Shown here in pieces: positions 12,220 to 24,315 of a stretch of DNA of 33,576 nucleotides; positions within the stretch are counted from its first letter, which is position 1; every line of letters begins with the position of its first letter. Where the stretch lies: NCBI GenBank assembly GCA_032718475.1, contig JAUCBJ010006477.1:1-33576 (forward strand), read 5' to 3'. The notes beneath the pieces were generated by a model. That model had not been told where the DNA came from. It saw only the letters and a program-made list of their open reading frames with translations, and searched no databases. The DNA is from Nemertoderma westbladi. Lineage: Eukaryota; Animalia; Xenacoelomorpha. A program made the translations under genes and the position numbers.

Positions 12220-15200
12220 CTTTTCATGGTATACACCAGAGTGCACAAGTAAAAGGAACGCATTTAGACATGTACTAAATAGCTTGAAATCCAACCCATC
12301 ACCCGAAACGCGATTTCTTTTTACAGAATGTAGTGCTGATTTTAGTAGATCTTTACGGTTAGTAAATTTTGCACACAGCAAAACAGAGACAAGGAAACTT
12401 ATGGAAGCAGGACAATTCGGTCCCATTAATTTTGTGTTTTGGGACCGAATTGTCCGGTACCGAATTGTCCGGGACCGAATTGTCCGGGACCGAATTGTCC
12501 GGGACCGAATTGTCCGGGACCGAATTGTCTGGGACCAAATTTAATTGGTACTACTGTACTATATAATGGTGAATGTTATAGAACCTTAAAAGATATTATT
12601 ATATGGTAGCTGGTGTTTCTTTTTTCTAGCTAGTATTTTTTTGAAAATAAAAAAATTTTACTTTTTTTTGTTAACATTATTAGTTAGAGTAGCTATTATG
12701 GTGTTTTTATGGAGCTTGTGAATTATTTACTAGCTAGTAATATGATGTATTTAAAATGTGTAAAACTGATTTTTTTTATATATTGCGTAAGTATACTGTA
12801 TGTGTTGTTGGTTGGTTAACAAGCCTAAATTATTATCGTAGATAATAATAGCTGGATCTCATTCAGGGACTGTTATAATATCATCAATATTTTTGGTAAT
12901 TAATATAATCAGCAACAGTTTAGGCCTAATTGTGAAATATCAATATAATAATGTTTTCGAACACTTCAATAACAAAAATAAAAAAAGTATAGTATTTTTA
13001 AAAGTTCAAAAAATTCTAGCTAGTAAATAACACTAGCTACCATAAAAAAAATATCTCTACTAATGTTCTAGAACATTCACCAATATCAAAAAAGCACTAA
13101 GAAGCTGCTATCAGGAACCGGACAATTCGGTCCCGGACTATTCGGTCCCGGACAATTCGGTCCCGGACTATTCGGTCCCGGACTATTCGGTCCCGGACAA
13201 TTCGGACACGGACAATTCGGTCCTGGACAATTCGGTCCTAGGACAATTCGGTCCCGGACAATTCGGTCCCGGACAATTCGGTCCCGGAGAATTCGGTCCC
13301 ATTTATTTAGTGTTTTGGGACCGAATTGTCCGGGACCGAATTGTCTGGACCGAATGTCCGTGACCGAATTGTCCTACATCCGAAACTTATGCAGTTGCGC
13401 TTTGTGGATAACAAACAATTCGGGATAAATCGAACGAATACTCCAAATAAGAATGTCACAAACGCTACGCCCAATCTTAATGAATTTGAGTCGTTCTATA
13501 GGGGAATAAATGCACATGAAGGGACATTCGAGGAATTAGGGGTTGAGCCTGAGGTGAACTATAGGAATTTTAGTGATTGTCAATTTGCATTTGAACATGA
13601 ACTTAGCGAAGCAATGACAGAGGAAGGGGGTATTCGAGGGCATTAAGCGGTTGAAGCCTGGCAAAGTTGCAGGAGTAGACAATATCCTTAATGAATTCAT
13701 TATTAACGGCAGCTCAAAAGTTGTTATCAGTATTTACACCACTCTTTAATTTTAATTTGTATTCTGAAAATTTCCCTATGTCTTAGGCAAAGTGGGTTAT
13801 TGTTCCTATTTACAAAAATAAGGGAGATACAAGGGATTCAGACAATTACAGGGGAATTACACTTTTGAGTGTGCTCAGCAAACTATTTACTTCTATTATA
13901 AACATGAGATTGGTAAACTGGTCTGATTGCTTTGGAATAATAATTGACTCCCAAGCTGGGTTTAGGGAAGGCTTTAGTACAGTCGACAACATTTTTATTT
14001 TAAACGCACTGATTAATAAAGTTACACACCATAAAGGAGGTTCTAAACTATACTGCTCCTTCGTAGACCTACGCAAAGCGTTTGACCGGGTTGATAGGAA
14101 TGCACTGATGGGGTTTTCCAAGAGAATATTTGCCACTATTAAAAGTATATTGTATGGAAAAATTAAATCTTGTGTAAGGGACTCTGATGGAAGCACTTTA
14201 TCTCGTAACGTCGACTGTCTTTTGGGTGTGCGGCAGGGGGAGAGTTTATCTCCACTGTTATTTTCATTATTTTTGAATGACGTGGAGCAAACACTCGCAA
14301 GTAGTAATGCTAATTGGGCTGTGTGTAGGACTTTATAAAGTGTTCTTATTGTTGTTTGCTGATGACATAGCACTTCTCGCGGATTCTGCCAGTGACTCGC
14401 AACATTTACTGGACGTTTTTGGCTATTACTGTGACTTCTGGGGTTTGGAGGTTAACCTTGACAAGTCGAAAATAGTTGTTTTTAGACGTGGGCTTAGAGA
14501 GTCGTGGACATATAAGGGTAGTATTATGGAAATTGTCCTTAATTATGTTTACCTAGGAATAAATTTATCGTGCATGAGTAGTTATACATTGACACAAGAA
14601 ACTCTCGCTGGAAAAGCTAATAAAGCATATTTTGCTTTGTTGCAGTGTGTTTCCAAGTTTCCAAACTTGGAATTTGGCAGATATATATATATTTTTAATA
14701 CCCTTTTAGGCCCATACTGGAATATGGATACCAGGTGTGGGGCCTGCATAGAGCTAGCGATAAGGAGAGAATACATCTAAAATATTTGAAAAGATTTTTG
14801 TGTGCAAGGACGAGTACACCAAACATCAAAGTATACGGGAAAATGGGTATTTTGCCACTTATTTGTCGGAGAAAGGTCGCTGTAGTCAAATACTGGCTGA
14901 AAATAATAAGGCTACCACCAAATAGACTTCTGAAGCAGGCATATAACATGCTCTTATTGTACGATAATAATAAAAATTGAGCGACGCAGGTTAGAGGATT
15001 GTTTGATTACTATGGATATAGTTGGGCTTTTCAGGCACAGTATGTTGAAAATGATGTCAAATTCATACAACGATTTACACAATCTGTTTCAGACAACTAT
15101 GTGCAAACATGGTGGTCTTCCATAGCAGCTTCACCTAAGGGTACTTACTCTCTATTTCAAATACCAATTCAAGAAAGAAAAATGTATTATTGCTCTAGCA

Positions 15201-15534
15201 GACAAACCTAATGTACGGAAGGCATTTTCCCGCTTCCGCTGTGGCTCTCACGATTTAAGATTTGAATCAGGAAGGGGGAATAATGAGCCTCGGGAAGAAA
15301 GATTGTGTGTTTTATGTGGCACAAATGAGATTGAAGACGAGATGCACTTCCTATTAAAATGCAATTTTTTTCATTACCTTCGAATTCAAATTATAAATAG
15401 TAGATTCCACCAGAGACCAACACTGGCCAAATTTAGAGAATTAATGCTGTCTCAGCACGATTTAATTATTAAAAATCTGCATTGTTTGTCTTTCAGGTGA
15501 TGAAAAGACGACAATCGTTTTTCAGTGCGTTATA
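12220..15534 (+). mobile_element. 5'-truncated, frameshifted LINE ORF2 (RTE-X-like), interrupted by a Mutator-type element
   Basis: WYTPEC linker, NYRGITLLSVLSKLF, QAGFREG, FVDLRKAFDRV, GVRQGESLSPLLF, LFADD, YVYLG and C-terminal RFRCGSHDL.FESGR...CVLC...IEDEMHFLLKC. Several frameshifts and stops. Confidence 0.9.
12403..13381. mobile_element. Non-autonomous Mutator-like (MULE) foldback element, 979 bp, with 15-bp subterminal tandem repeats
   Basis: 9-bp TSD gaaacttat at 12394-12402 and 13382-13390. TIRs ggaagcaggacaattcggtc / gaccgaattgtcctacatcc. Arrays of gggaccgaattgtcc (12441-12540, 13317-13373) and its reverse complement (13120-13300). Internal arms ~12570-12650 and ~13005-13082 are also inverted. 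Confidence 0.9.
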
Positions 15535-16530
15535 ACTACGCATGGAAAAGCCCACAATAATTAGTATAGGCGAATGAATGGAATTGAAAATATGAAAAAT
15601 ACTTTTATATAATTTGATGTTGGCCAGTATTATAATTAAATAATTCGTAATTCAATAATAATATATGCTACTCGTCCCGTTTAGTACTTATATAGCACTA
15701 TAGTTTCATACTTTTTTTCTTTACATATACATTCTCCCCTATTGGTTATCATCAGTTTGCTATGCAGTCTTGTTCATACCACAAATTTATTTTTTTACAT
15801 GCAGGAAAAAACGAATATTTATAAAATTCCGACAGCAGTCAACACCGCACCGCACGCACCTATCTGTATAATTAAATTTACTTTAAACATTCTAGAACTC
15901 TCCAGATGCGGGGGTGAGCTAAAACTACACTAGCTATGCTATAGCGGAAGCTCACACCAATCAACCCAGCAATCAATTTTGTAGGGTATTGTGCGTTATT
16001 TTTATTTTATATTTTGGAGGAAATAAATAAATAAGAAATAAGTTTATGTGCAATTTCAAAATGTCTCTTTACATGGTATATACAGTATTTTTTAAAAAGT
16101 TAGTTTAACTAGTTATTTACATTTTGGATACTAATGGGTCAATGGGTGCGTTCTTATAACCGTTCTTCTTATTATACATGTCAATATCGTAAACATGTGC
16201 ATGTACAATTTTATATATAAATAGGTTTTATTTTGGCACTGGGCTCTGCTAACTTTATTTAACGAACTTAATTATGTAGAGTAATATTATAAGTGAGTGG
16301 TGGTGGAACTATAACTTCTAGAGACAGGTTGATTGGTCATGTAACGTTACCGTACCGTAAATTGTGTTACTGTCAACAATAGCCAAATGTGGCTTGTTGG
16401 TAAATTAAATATTAATAATAATAACTATCGGAGAGCAGCACATACTACTATAGGCATGGAGTAGGACATGGGGGCAATGCGAACTCAGGAATTAAACCCG
16501 GAGATGGCTAAAACTCAAATATTTCTTTCC

Positions 16531-17084
16531 TTAAGAGGGGGGGGGGGGGGGGGGGGGGGGGATTGTAGCGCATTTTCTGACCAAAAAGTCGAATTTTTGA
16601 AACATATCCTATAGGATGCAGAATTTCATGCTGAATCCAAATATGGAAAACTTTTTCTCATATCGTGCTTAGTTTTCGAGATATCTGGGGTAGAAAATAC
16701 TGGCTCTTATATCGCAATATCAGTAAAAGCGATGAAGTTTGGGGTTTGCATTCAATTTCTGCAAATTTCTGTCCTCAGTGGTGTCAATTGGATGTCTCCT
16801 CGAGAAAGATCACAAAATTTAATCGAGAAGGTATTTTTTTTATGATTATTGGACCTACTGATCAGTTTTTAAGTCGAGTGTATATGAGTGTATACGACCA
16901 CTAGAACTGGAGATCATACATTTTGAAGATCTCTGATTACCGATAAGTCTATTCCGTGTAATCCTGCAAAGACCGTACGCAGAGTCGCATATTCGAGTCC
17001 CGTCTTTATTCCGGAGACTTGAAGTTGTCTTATAAACTGATCAATAGGTCCAATAATAATAAAAAAATACCTTCTCAATTAAAA
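16531..17084. mobile_element. MITE-like remnant starting TTAAGA-G25 with internal inverted repeat
   Basis: G-run at 16537-16561. Segment 16817-16872 (tttaatcgagaaggtatttttttt...ggacctactgatcagttt) is the reverse complement of 17033-17084. Superfamily and ends uncertain. Confidence 0.4.
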
Positions 17085-17690
17085 CCATGACATTCATTGT
17101 AGTTTAAGCTATCAGTGGCGGACTATGCATTAATTTAACCACTCACGTATTTCAAAATAGCATTATGCAATCGTTTACTACTGCTGCGTTCATATTAAAT
17201 AACCAACCATAACTTTTGGAGCAAAATCTCTACTAGTACTGAGACAATGCTCATAAAACACAATTGCCTTGTGAAATTGCCTGTCATTCATACTAAAGTA
17301 GTAACTTTTAACAATCTTTGCATGGACCTCCTCTTCATTTGAACCTTGGTGTTTCATACATTTATACAAAATATACAGTATTTAATAAAATTATATATAT
17401 ATTAATAAAAAAAGTTATAAACTTTATATATACTTCACAGGTACTTTGGTATTAGTACATTTTCTAGGGAATATTCTTCAACTAATTTAATAATACATTC
17501 AAGAAGAAAATAATGAGTTAATATAATAAATCTGTTAAAAAAAACAGACTAAATCATTAAAATGTTTAATACAAGACACCGTAATATCAAATAACTTCGA
17601 ATTACCTACCAGTACCTACCTACTGTACGTACATCAGCCACACCCTAGGATGAATCACTAGTAGACGCCACAACTTCACTGCCACAGTTC

Positions 17691-18896
17691 GGGTAGTAAT
17701 ATTTACTGACAGTTGTTAGCAACATAAAGTAACATAAAGGACCCCCTTGGAAATAAGCTGCAAAGCTTTAGGGGTAATGTTGGACAATAGCTTTATACCG
17801 GTATATTGTTTGGTGTATTTGTTATTGTTTTTACATAATGGATAAATAAATCTATCTATCTATCTATCTATCTAGCGGTTATTGCACATGCTATCCAAAA
17901 GTTATCCAATTTTTGCACAGGCTATCCAACAGTTATCCAATTTTTGCACACGCTATCCAACAAATATCGAAAATGTATGGCTGCCGGCTGTCTGGGATTT
18001 TTTTCATTTTTACATTGACTGTATTAAGGGCAGGTCTCCTTGAAATAATTTTAAAGTTTTGTACCGGTACCACATACTGATATCAGGATATGATATGCAG
18101 CCTTTGTTATACTGTAGTACTGGTTCCGGTATTGTATTTATGGTCTGACCGATTATACCGGAACTGAACCTTGGAAAGGTTTCCGCCTTGTCTTTGTATT
18201 TCCTTCTGACGACGTCGAATCAAATGCGTGCCTGCTGGCGCTTCCTAACAGTGTTGCCCGTGTAATGAAGAACATTGGTGTATATCGAAAGTATTGACCG
18301 GAGACCATGTGATGAAAGTCGTTCGTTCGTCCCCATCCTCCGTCAATGTTTCCCAACATACCAATGTCCGTCGTCCCCTCTCCATATGCATGCATACCTC
18401 ATCACTGCTACTGAAAATTTGTGAATTTGTGACATGGTTGTGTTACTCGCGATGACAACCGGTATATTATTGGTGATGACTGGATGAGCGGATGAGCCAA
18501 TAGAGGGAAGATCCAGTCCAGTCACTCAGTGAACGGTAGAGATTCGAAAGAACAATGGCACTACCAGAAGGATTAATTTCTTAAATGATTAGGATTAATT
18601 AATTAATTAAAAATCGGTCAACCCATGAAGACAATACTATAGTAAAGGCTGCTAACCTAATCTCAGTAGTCATAGTGTGATACAACTATAAAATTATTTC
18701 ACGAAGATCTACCTTTAGCTTTAATAAATTTAAAAATGAAATCCCAGACAGCCGGGAGACCATTTTTGTCTTTTTAAATACATTTTCGATAACTGTTGGA
18801 TAGCCTATGCAAAAATTGGATAACTGTTGGATAGCCTTTGCAAAAATTGGATAACTGTTAATAACCGGTAACAACTGTCAGTAAATATTACTATCC
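17691..18896. mobile_element. Second Mutator-like element with long TIRs and ~31-bp subterminal repeats
   Basis: 9-bp TSD ccacagttc at 17682-17690 and 18897-18905. TIR gggtagtaatatttactgacagttgtta / taacaactgtcagtaaatattactatcc. gctatccaacagttatccaatttttgca repeats at 17890-17960 are mirrored at 18789-18859. Confidence 0.88.
17721..17873 (+). mobile_element. LINE/SINE 3' end with stem-loop and (ATCT)n tail, nested in the left TIR of the MULE
   Basis: ccccttggaaataagctgcaaagctttagggg stem-loop, then aataaa and (tcta)6. The left TIR resumes (ggttatt) after the tail, with tagc on both sides. A related copy is at 31281-31372. Confidence 0.7.
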
Positions 18897-20149
18897 CCAC
18901 AGTTCGGGATCTCCCATGTAAATCCCAATTAATCTGCATTAGCATTAAGACCAGTGCTTTCAGCAGACGTTTCTGGAATGCAAATAGCAACTTGTTTCCT
19001 CTCGCCAACTGGCTGTCACAGAACAAGTTCACGCATAGGTCAGAGTTCTATGAAACCAATGTCTGGAGAGTCTCATCCTAAATGTATGCAGGGTGGAGCC
19101 GGGTTTTGACAATTCTCAGCCACCAAGATTGTAGTATTCCTTGTTGGTTAACTGAGCATTGTTTTTTATATACCATGAACCTGAGCAGCATCCAGGTGTA
19201 TGTACAATCTTGGGATATGTGCCTTCTTCAGTAATTTGTAATCTATTATTCTGCTTCCACCGCTATAATAGACTAAACGGTTTAGTTTTAAGTTTATGAG
19301 GAATACCGGCAGTATCGGAACCTGGTTGAATATTCTTGGCATGGTTGCTCAGGAATCTTTCTCTAATCATAGATGATCCAACAAAAATAGTTTAGCTTGG
19401 CAATACCTTTTACTAGTTTAGCTTCGCAATACCTTTTACTAGTATAGCTCCACAATAACTATCAATAGCAATAAGTAACTCATCTTATGTTTTCATGTGA
19501 TGATTGATTATGATTGATTCGTTTTAATTCATGTACAAAAAAACATGTAAAAAGGAATATACATACTATAAACATTAAACCATACATAATAGGCATACGA
19601 CATTCTGTACCGGTGCTACAATTAAGCATTCAATTTAAATCTGTAATTAAACAGTAATGTGCATTCTAGTACCAACTAATCTACCAATTAATTATAAACC
19701 TATAAGCATTGCCTAATACTGGAATTTAGTTTGAGTACTGATGTGAATTGTTTGAAATGGAAGATATATCGTTGTATCTCCTATTCAATTATGGTGCCTT
19801 TGTTGCTTTCTACAGTACTGCATTCTACATTTGTCAATAATGCAAATATATTTGATAAAATCAATCATTGGGTCAATAAAATGTACGTGAAGGACTTTTT
19901 ATTAATTTCCTGTCTACTGATTAATGCAGAAAGAACACTGATAGTACTTTTATGGAAGAGTAGCAAATTCACTTTGCTCAAGGGCTGGTTGTAATTGGAA
20001 CCCAACCCACTCAAACATGACTTTCAATGACAGATGACACTTGTACGACGTACATATCAGGCTGTTTTGTTTCTCGGTATTAATGATCTCATTTAACTTA
20101 TTGATGATCACATTTATATTGTCCAGTATGTCTGTTTATAAGGTCTGAG

Positions 20150-22329
20150 GCAGCCGCTACTGGTGTGCAATAATTATGCATGGGTTTCGAATTTGCGTGA
20201 ATTGTTTGAATCGCATGTTCCCTTAAGGGAGAAGCGTGTAAAAATCAACTTCAAACATTCCAAACTCAGGGACGAAGACCGCGAGATGATCAAGACTCTA
20301 CGGAGAGAAAAAAGAAGGTGTGAACTGGTGTTTCACAAAGAACGGACCGAGCAGAACAAAGACAATTTAAATGCTGCAAAGTTAGCCTTAGCAAAATCGC
20401 TTCGGGATTCTACTAGAGCCTATTATCGAGACTATATACATAATGATTCAGCTAACATGAAACTTCTATGGAAACTGTTTAAAAGGTTATTGGGCAAAGC
20501 AGATAATGTTGTTTTACCGTCCACTCATGGTAGTAGTGCTGACCTGGCAACGAAGTTTTCTAAATTTTTCACCGAAAAAATTGAAAAGATTATATTGATC
20601 TTCAAAACGGGCTGCCTATGTAATAATCTTCCGAAATTGTACAAAACAAATTTTTGTGAATTTCAGCCTTTTCACAAGGACGACTTGGCTAAACTTATTA
20701 GTAAGATGTCCAATGCAACATGTGAACTGGACTGTATGCCGACGCCGTTATTTAAATCTATAATTCCAGTTGTGATTCAACCCTTAACGATGTATGTAAA
20801 TATGGTTTTAATGGAAGCGGAATTCCCAACATTTCTAAAAACGGCTATTGTAAGACCTTGTCTGAAGAAGCCTGATCTAGATGCTGAGATACTGAAAAAT
20901 TACCGACCCATATCTAATCTGAGTTTCTTATCGAAGATAATTGAGAAGGCCATACTATTTAGGACATCATCACAGCTAATCTTCCATCAGTCTCAGTCCG
21001 GCTACAGGCAGAACTATTCCACCGAAACCGCTAATCTATTTCTACTCAATAACTTTCTCAAGGGCATAGATAAGTGTGCATATATAGATTTAAATGCTGC
21101 ATTTGACAATGTAAATCATAAAAATCTATTATATAAGCTTGATAATGAATTTGGGATTACGAGGAATGCTCTGAAGCTTTTTGCGTCTTACTTAACGAAT
21201 AGATATCAACAGGTTAAAATTGAGGATCATGCATCTGAAAAAACACTGCTTCGAACAGGGGTCCCACAGGGTAGTATCCTGGGACCGGCGCTTTACAAAT
21301 GTGTATATGTTTGACTTGTTCTGGCGATTAGATGCATTAGGTGTTAAATGTGCAAATTATGCAGATGATACTCAATTCTTTGTGACAGGAAATGCATCAG
21401 ATATTGCGGCACTGAAAACTCGTATTGCTTCTTGTGTTACATTTCGTTGCTGACTGGATGAATGTTAATCATCTCCTTATTAACCCTGATAAAACCGAAT
21501 TGATATTATATGGTACTAAACAGCAGAGAATGAAAATACCGATGGACACGAGGATAATTTATTATAGAAACTTTGAAATTTCCTTCTCTGAAAAGGTGAA
21601 ATCTCTTGGGGTTATTTTTGACAGTGATTTAAAATTCAAGGATCAAATAGTAGCGACTGCAGTCAAGTCAAAATACTATTTAAGGTCATTATATAAAATC
21701 CGCCCTTACCTTACTAAACCTGCACTTGAAACGTTAGTCCACGCGTTCATAACAAGCAGGATTGATTACTCAAATGTGGTTCTCAAAACATCCGCAAAGT
21801 CAGTTCTGAAACGTTTAAAGTCAATACAAAAGCCCGATTGGTTACTTATTCTCTGCGATATCTAATCATAAATGGAAAATACGAGTATACATCAGTAACT
21901 GCATTGTTAAGATCGCTCCACTGGCTACCTGTTGAGTCTCGTATTGATTACAAAATCGCCTGCATTACGTACAGAAGTCTATTTGGTACAGCTCCCTCCT
22001 ACCTGTGTAATGAGATCGCACCGATTGAGGACTGTCGTGCTCTACGATCCAACCGTCTGATGAAGCTTTATACGCCACTGGTTACGAACACTGAGGCATC
22101 TAAGGCCTTATATGTTTCTGCTCCTAAACTATGGAACCAATTACCATCATTTCTGTGATCCAGCGAAAAAGTTATGTCATACGATCAGTTTAAAAATAGC
22201 CTTAAAACTTTCTTATTTACCGGTAAATATAATTAGTGTGGTGGCTGCAGGCGCCCTGATAAGAATGTAAATATTTCCTAAGGGCGGCTGCAACACCAAA
22301 TATAAATATTCTTTATTATTATTATTATG
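20150..22329 (+). mobile_element. 5'-truncated L2/CR1-clade LINE ORF2 with intact 3' end
   Basis: LKNYRPISNLSFLSKIIEK, QSGYR, DLNAAFDNVNH, GVPQGSILGP, YADDTQ, LGVIFD, HWLPVESRIDYKI and APKLWNQLP over three frameshifts. 3' hairpin at ~22241-22297 and (att)n tail at 22314-22328. Confidence 0.93.
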
Positions 22330-23035
22330 AGTGATATTTTCCATGAAAAATTGACGTTGAAAAACGTGACAAATTCCATATTATTGTAATTTTACTGAGG
22401 GTATGTCTCGCCTATCAATGCAGTATAGTATCGATTTACAGGGCCTTGAGAGAAATTTACTTGAACTAAGATAATAACTCATTAGTTATTCATACTCCCT
22501 AGGTGACTTAAGTTACCACAACCAAATCAGAAATATAATTGTACCCTCTCATATACCACCAGGTCTCGGAAAAATCATGGACAATATAGTGTAGTTGTCA
22601 GGGGCACTCTGTAAAACAGTATCGTGATAATCGACCTTGTTGTTTCTTTAACAGTGTTTTCTCGAACAATCTGTTAAATGATGAACAGATATTTTCGCCT
22701 GAAGAAACAAGCAACCAGTTCATACGCATCTCTGCAAACAATGTGCAAAACACATTTCACTACAAAATGTATTGTGTTTGTATGTAATGTACAATTTTTT
22801 AAATCTGTAATCTTAATCCTAATCCCAATTGTAATCAGACTATTCCTTTTTTTAAATCTGTACAATCTTTTGTATGTTTTCTTTGGAATGTTATTTTATA
22901 ATTCTACCTCATGGATACATTCCAATTTATTAAATATCTCAATTAAAGAAACAAAACATTAATTATCTTTTAATCAATAGGTCCAGGATAACACAATATT
23001 AAAGTAACGAACAAACAATTAAAAGCATGTTAAAA

Positions 23036-23146
23036 GGTGTTATATGTTATATGGGTGTATTAGGGATTTAAACAATATATTCCATCTTAATTAAAGATGG
23101 AATATATTGTTTAAATCCCTAATACACCCATATAACATATAACACC
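23036..23146. repeat. Perfect palindrome, 53-bp arms, 5-nt loop
   Basis: ggtgttatatgttatatgggtgtattagggatttaaacaatatattccatctt-aatta-aagatggaatatattgtttaaatccctaatacacccatataacatataacacc. Confidence 0.92.
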
Positions 23147-23315
23147 CATACACCCATGTAACACCCATAAGTGTCATAAGGATATAAATGTTTTTCTCAA
23201 AGTTTACATGGTAAGATAATGTTGATCGGGAGATAAAGCTTTTTTCTCAAAATTATTTAAATAATGTAATTTTTTCTAAATTCTTTTAAATTATTCTAAA
23301 TTTCACCGTGTTGTA

Positions 23316-24315
23316 GTGATGATTCGGAAAGCGATGAGTCTGCTCAGAGGGCCTAATCGAGGCGTACCAGTCATTGTAAAGGATAAAGCCATACAACCCA
23401 TAAACTCTGTGTTTGCTCGGAATGGAAATGGTAACGGGCCCATCCTTATCATAAAGTACTGCGATAAGAAAGTTGTAAACTTTATTACATCTGTGGACAA
23501 AGTAGGGTTGGTTGATAAGACTCGTTTCCTGCCTGGTTCTCAAACTGTTGAATACAAGAAACACACAGCTATAGAGAACTACAACCTAAACATGGGCGGC
23601 GTGGATGTGACAGACCAAATGATTTCTTCCTGTAATGCAGTGCGTAAAACTCAAACTTGGTTTGTGAAGGTCGGAATACACTATCTGCAGCGTCTTGTAT
23701 TGAACAGTTTCATACTGTTTCGTGCTGATAAGAAACCAAAACACTTGAGATTCGACGAATACCTACTAGACGTAGTTGATCACCTCACAAAGGTGCCGAC
23801 AAAGGCCTATCATAACGCCAAGCGTTCATCGTTGCCACCCATCCAAGACCTGGCGACAGTTACCCATAAACTAACTAAACTAGAACAATCTGGGAAATCA
23901 CTGCATCCCTAGAAGCGTTGTCGTGTATGCTGGAGTAAGAACATTACAAAGAAAACCCGATACGTCTGTGCTGTGTGCCCTGGTCAACCTGGACTTTGTG
24001 TATCGTGTTTCAGCGAATTTCCACCACACAATTAGTTTACCATTATGTGAACAATTGTCTAAATATTAACTAATTATTTGGTTAATTAATTAACTAATTA
24101 ATTAGTTTGTTAATTAATTAATTAATTAGCTAATTAGTTAATTAATTAAATAATTATGGTCCATTAAACTAAGTACTGATATCTACTATAGTTGATTGTG
24201 CAATTTTGGGTCATCAGATAAGGTTTTGTTCGTTTAAATATACTTTAAATTAAGTTTAAAAAGATCAGGACAGTAGCAGGCGATTTTTTGAGAGCTTCCG
24301 GCTGCAAAGGGTTAA
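23316..24315 (+). mobile_element. piggyBac transposon 3' half: transposase C-terminus (pseudogene), AT-rich 3' region, right TIR and TTAA
   Basis: YNLNMGGVDVTDQ (third catalytic Asp region), W.VK...LNSFIL. After an in-frame TAG (23910-23912) the Cys-rich domain KRCRVC...TRYVCAVCPGQPGLCVSCF runs to 24035. Terminus gcaaaggg (24311) is followed by TTAA. Left end not found. Confidence 0.9.

Noticed and set aside
12441-13373. 15-bp repeats as CRISPR or as SGTEL/RDRIV repeat proteins
   Set aside because: Head-to-tail repeats without spacers, inside a TIR- and TSD-bounded element.
16537-16561. G25 run as a regulatory G-quadruplex
   Set aside because: Sits at the edge of a MITE-like remnant, and homopolymer length is assembly-sensitive. 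No functional evidence.
18906-19400. Moderately GC-rich stretch that looks like decayed coding sequence
   Set aside because: Minus-strand frames contain stops and I recognised no motif.
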